A stretch of DNA of 20,000 nt, taken from the sequence record SRR31156797_8657; one strand, 5' to 3'. Made by a program: the position numbers and the translations under genes. The notes under the pieces were generated by a model, which was not told the origin of the DNA, did not search any database, and was given only the letters and a program-made list of their open reading frames with translations. Below are positions 18,171 to 20,000 of this stretch, one piece after another; within the stretch, counting starts at the first letter, position 1, and every line of letters starts with the position of its first letter.

Positions 18171-19721
18171 ATGGATTCTAAAATGAAAAAGGTACTCGAA
18201 AACCTTGGAATCGGTGAAACTAACATGGGTGTTAGCACCGGAACCGAGTGGATCGATACTGAAGGAGCATTAACTACGTCTACTACCCCAATTGACGACT
18301 CAATATTAGGAAAAGTAAAAAATGCTGAGCTTAAAGATTACGAAAACGTAATTGCTAAAGCACAAGAAGCATTTAAAACGTGGCGTGAAGTACCAGCTCC
18401 AGTTCGCGGAGAAATTGTTCGTAAAATTGGTAACGCTTTACGCGATAAAAAAGAAGACCTTGGCATGCTTGTAAGCATGGAAATGGGTAAAAGCTACCAG
18501 GAAGGTCTTGGCGAAGTGCAGGAAATGATTGACATTGCCGACTTTGCTGTTGGACAAGCTCGCCAATTATATGGTTTCACAATGCAAAGTGAGCGTCCTA
18601 ACCACCGCTTATTCGACCATTACCACCCTTACGGAATCGTTGGAATCGTTACTGCTTTCAACTTCCCGGTTGCTGTTTATGCATGGAACACTATGTTGGC
18701 TGCTGTTTGTGGTGATGTTGTAATTTGGAAACCATCATCAAAAACTCCTTTAACTGCCATTGCAACACAAAAAATTGTTGCTGAAGTTATTAAAGATGAG
18801 CCAGAAGTACCGGAAGGTGTATTTAACCTTGTTGTAGGTCGGTCATCAGTTATGGGAGACAATTTTATTGAAGATAAACGTGTACCTCTTATTTCTGTTA
18901 CAGGTTCAACCCGCGTTGGACGTCGTGTAGCTGAGAAAGTTGGAAAACGTTTAGGAAATACTATTCTTGAGTTAGGTGGAAACAACGCAATTATTGTAAC
19001 TCCACAAGCTAACCTTGAAATGGCTATCCCTGCTATCGTATTCGGTGCTGTAGGAACAGCCGGGCAACGTTGTACATCAACTCGTCGTGTAATTGTTCAG
19101 GAAGGTATTTACGAAGATGTGAAAAAACGTCTGATCAATGCTTACGAGCAAGTATCTAAGAAAATTGGTAACCCACTGGATGAAAACAATTTAGTGGGCC
19201 CACTTATTGATACAGATGCAACTGAGCTTTTCACAGATGCATTAGGGAAACTAAAAGAAGAAGGTGGTAAAGTTTTATTTGGAGGTGAAGTACTTTCTGG
19301 TCCTGGTTACGAAACCGGAACGTATGTAGTACCAGCTATCTGCGAAGCAGAAAACCATTTCGAAATTGTACAGGAAGAGACCTTCGCTCCTATCCTTTAC
19401 CTAATCAAATACAAAGAATTTGATCAGGCACTTGAATTACACAATGGTGTACCTCAGGGATTATCAAGTTCAATATTCTCAGACAACATCCAGGAAGCTA
19501 TGACATTCTTAAGCAACAGTGGTTCAGACTGCGGTATTGCTAACGTGAATGTAGGAACTTCAGGTGCTGAGATTGGTGGAGCCTTCGGTGGTGAAAAAGA
19601 CACTGGTGGTGGCCGTGAGTCAGGTTCTGATGCATGGAAAGCATACATGCGCCAGCAAACTACAACCATTAACTATGGTACAACTTTACCATTGGCTCAG
19701 GGAATTAAATTCGATATCTAG
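18171..19721 (+). CDS. Aldehyde dehydrogenase family 7 (alpha-aminoadipate semialdehyde / piperideine-6-carboxylate dehydrogenase-like)
   Basis: PAPVRGEIVR, EGLGEVQEMIDI, SERPNHR, AFNFPVAV, LELGGNN, GTAGQRCTS, SGAEIGGAFGGEKDTGGGRESGSDAWK and LPLAQGIKF are ALDH7/antiquitin/Pcd signatures. An alternative start lies four codons downstream. Confidence 0.92.
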   Translation: MDSKMKKVLENLGIGETNMGVSTGTEWIDTEGALTTSTTPIDDSILGKVKNAELKDYENVIAKAQEAFKTWREVPAPVRGEIVRKIGNALRDKKEDLGMLVSMEMGKSYQEGLGEVQEMIDIADFAVGQARQLYGFTMQSERPNHRLFDHYHPYGIVGIVTAFNFPVAVYAWNTMLAAVCGDVVIWKPSSKTPLTAIATQKIVAEVIKDEPEVPEGVFNLVVGRSSVMGDNFIEDKRVPLISVTGSTRVGRRVAEKVGKRLGNTILELGGNNAIIVTPQANLEMAIPAIVFGAVGTAGQRCTSTRRVIVQEGIYEDVKKRLINAYEQVSKKIGNPLDENNLVGPLIDTDATELFTDALGKLKEEGGKVLFGGEVLSGPGYETGTYVVPAICEAENHFEIVQEETFAPILYLIKYKEFDQALELHNGVPQGLSSSIFSDNIQEAMTFLSNSGSDCGIANVNVGTSGAEIGGAFGGEKDTGGGRESGSDAWKAYMRQQTTTINYGTTLPLAQGIKFDI

Positions 19722-19742
19722 CATTTCATTTCGATATAATAG

Positions 19743-19771
19743 AAAAGCTGCTCATAAGGGCAGCTTTTTTT
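19743..19771 (+). terminator. Rho-independent terminator after the ALDH7 gene
   Basis: AAAAGCTGCTC-ATAA-GGGCAGCTTTT followed by further Ts. Confidence 0.88.
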
Positions 19772-19788
19772 GTCCACCCACATTTGGA

Positions 19789-19852
19789 AACGTCATCACG
19801 AGGAGCCTGGCCGCTGAAGCTTCAGCGAAAGCGGCGGCGACGCGGTGATCTC
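19789..19852. repeat. Second CGTC-tagged palindromic element (single arm) containing a nested palindrome
   Basis: AACGTCATCACGAGGAGCC...GGCGACGCGGTGATCTC. Same AACGTCAT start and ATCTC end as 18052-18082. Internal GCCGCT/AGCGGC stem and perfect 16-bp palindrome CGCTGAAGCTTCAGCG (19812-19827). Confidence 0.75.
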
Positions 19853-19878
19853 CAACAAACTTCTACAAAGAAATTTTA

Positions 19879-20000
19879 AATCGAAACGGTAGTTCCTTGA
19901 GTGGCTCTTAGCGTCTGGATTGAGGGAATCGAAACGGTAGTTCGTTGAGTGGCTCCTAGCGTTGGGTTGTGCGAATCGAAACGAACGGCCATTTCGATTC
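19879..20000. repeat. Degenerate tandem repeat (47-48 bp period) turning into an inverted copy at the window edge
   Basis: AATCGAAACG recurs at 19879, 19927 and 19974. Units 1 and 2 match at 42 of 48 aligned positions. GAATCGAAA (19973-19981) is inverted as TTTCGATTC (19992-20000). Confidence 0.8.

Noticed and set aside
18056..18238. 60-aa minus-strand ORF
   Set aside because: Antisense to the ALDH7 start, and its tail is simply translation of the palindromic repeat.
3129..19669. Other short overlapping ORFs (3129-3359, 3930-4310, 5974-6177, 6364-6702, 7161-7400, 7391-7675, 9403-9744, 9693-9908, 11498-11692, 14409-14726, 15948-16229, 18529-18723, 18677-18985, 19454-19669)
   Set aside because: All lie antisense or out of frame largely within well-supported genes and show no recognisable motifs, as expected for shadow ORFs.
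19564..19848. 94-aa plus-strand ORF
   Set aside because: Out of frame within the ALDH7 3' end and reads through the terminator and palindrome. No recognisable protein features.
19940..19986. Hammerhead ribozyme suggested by TGAG...CGAAAC
   Set aside because: The conserved CUGANGA core is absent (sequence is TTGAGTG) and no three-stem junction is evident.
19879..20000. CRISPR array or guide-RNA-type array
   Set aside because: The apparent spacers (CTGGATTGAGGG vs TGGGTTGTGCG) are only 11-12 nt and are homologous to each other. There are only about 2.2 units and no cas genes in the window.

Overview
AT-rich bacterial chromosomal window, most likely Bacteroidota. This rests on TAnnTTTG promoter boxes, a short-form AMP nucleosidase next to holA, and the yicC-gmk-nadD order. 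Left to right: (1) a minus-strand GNAT acetyltransferase followed by a PLP-dependent alanine/ornithine-racemase-family gene that runs off the left edge and is missing from the ORF track; (2) a divergent orphan multi-PAS histidine kinase; (3) a housekeeping block: yicC, gmk, nadD, a DUF308/HdeD membrane protein, AMP nucleosidase, holA and an AddA-like helicase-nuclease; (4) a signalling cluster: PAS-GAF-PAS HisKA_3 kinase, NarL-type regulator and two paralogous stand-alone receivers; (5) tandem P5C dehydrogenase (pruA) and an ALDH7/P6C-type dehydrogenase. The most unusual DNA is non-coding. The ALDH7 gene is bracketed by CGTC-tagged palindromic elements that differ in sequence but show compensatory stem changes. 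A nested palindrome and a ~48-bp tandem repeat follow at the right edge. All can be drawn as short stems interrupted by opposed GA/GA pairs, which suggests a structure-conserved REP-like family. No CRISPR array, tRNA, rRNA or transposase was seen. All calls come from reading motifs by eye; no searches were run.
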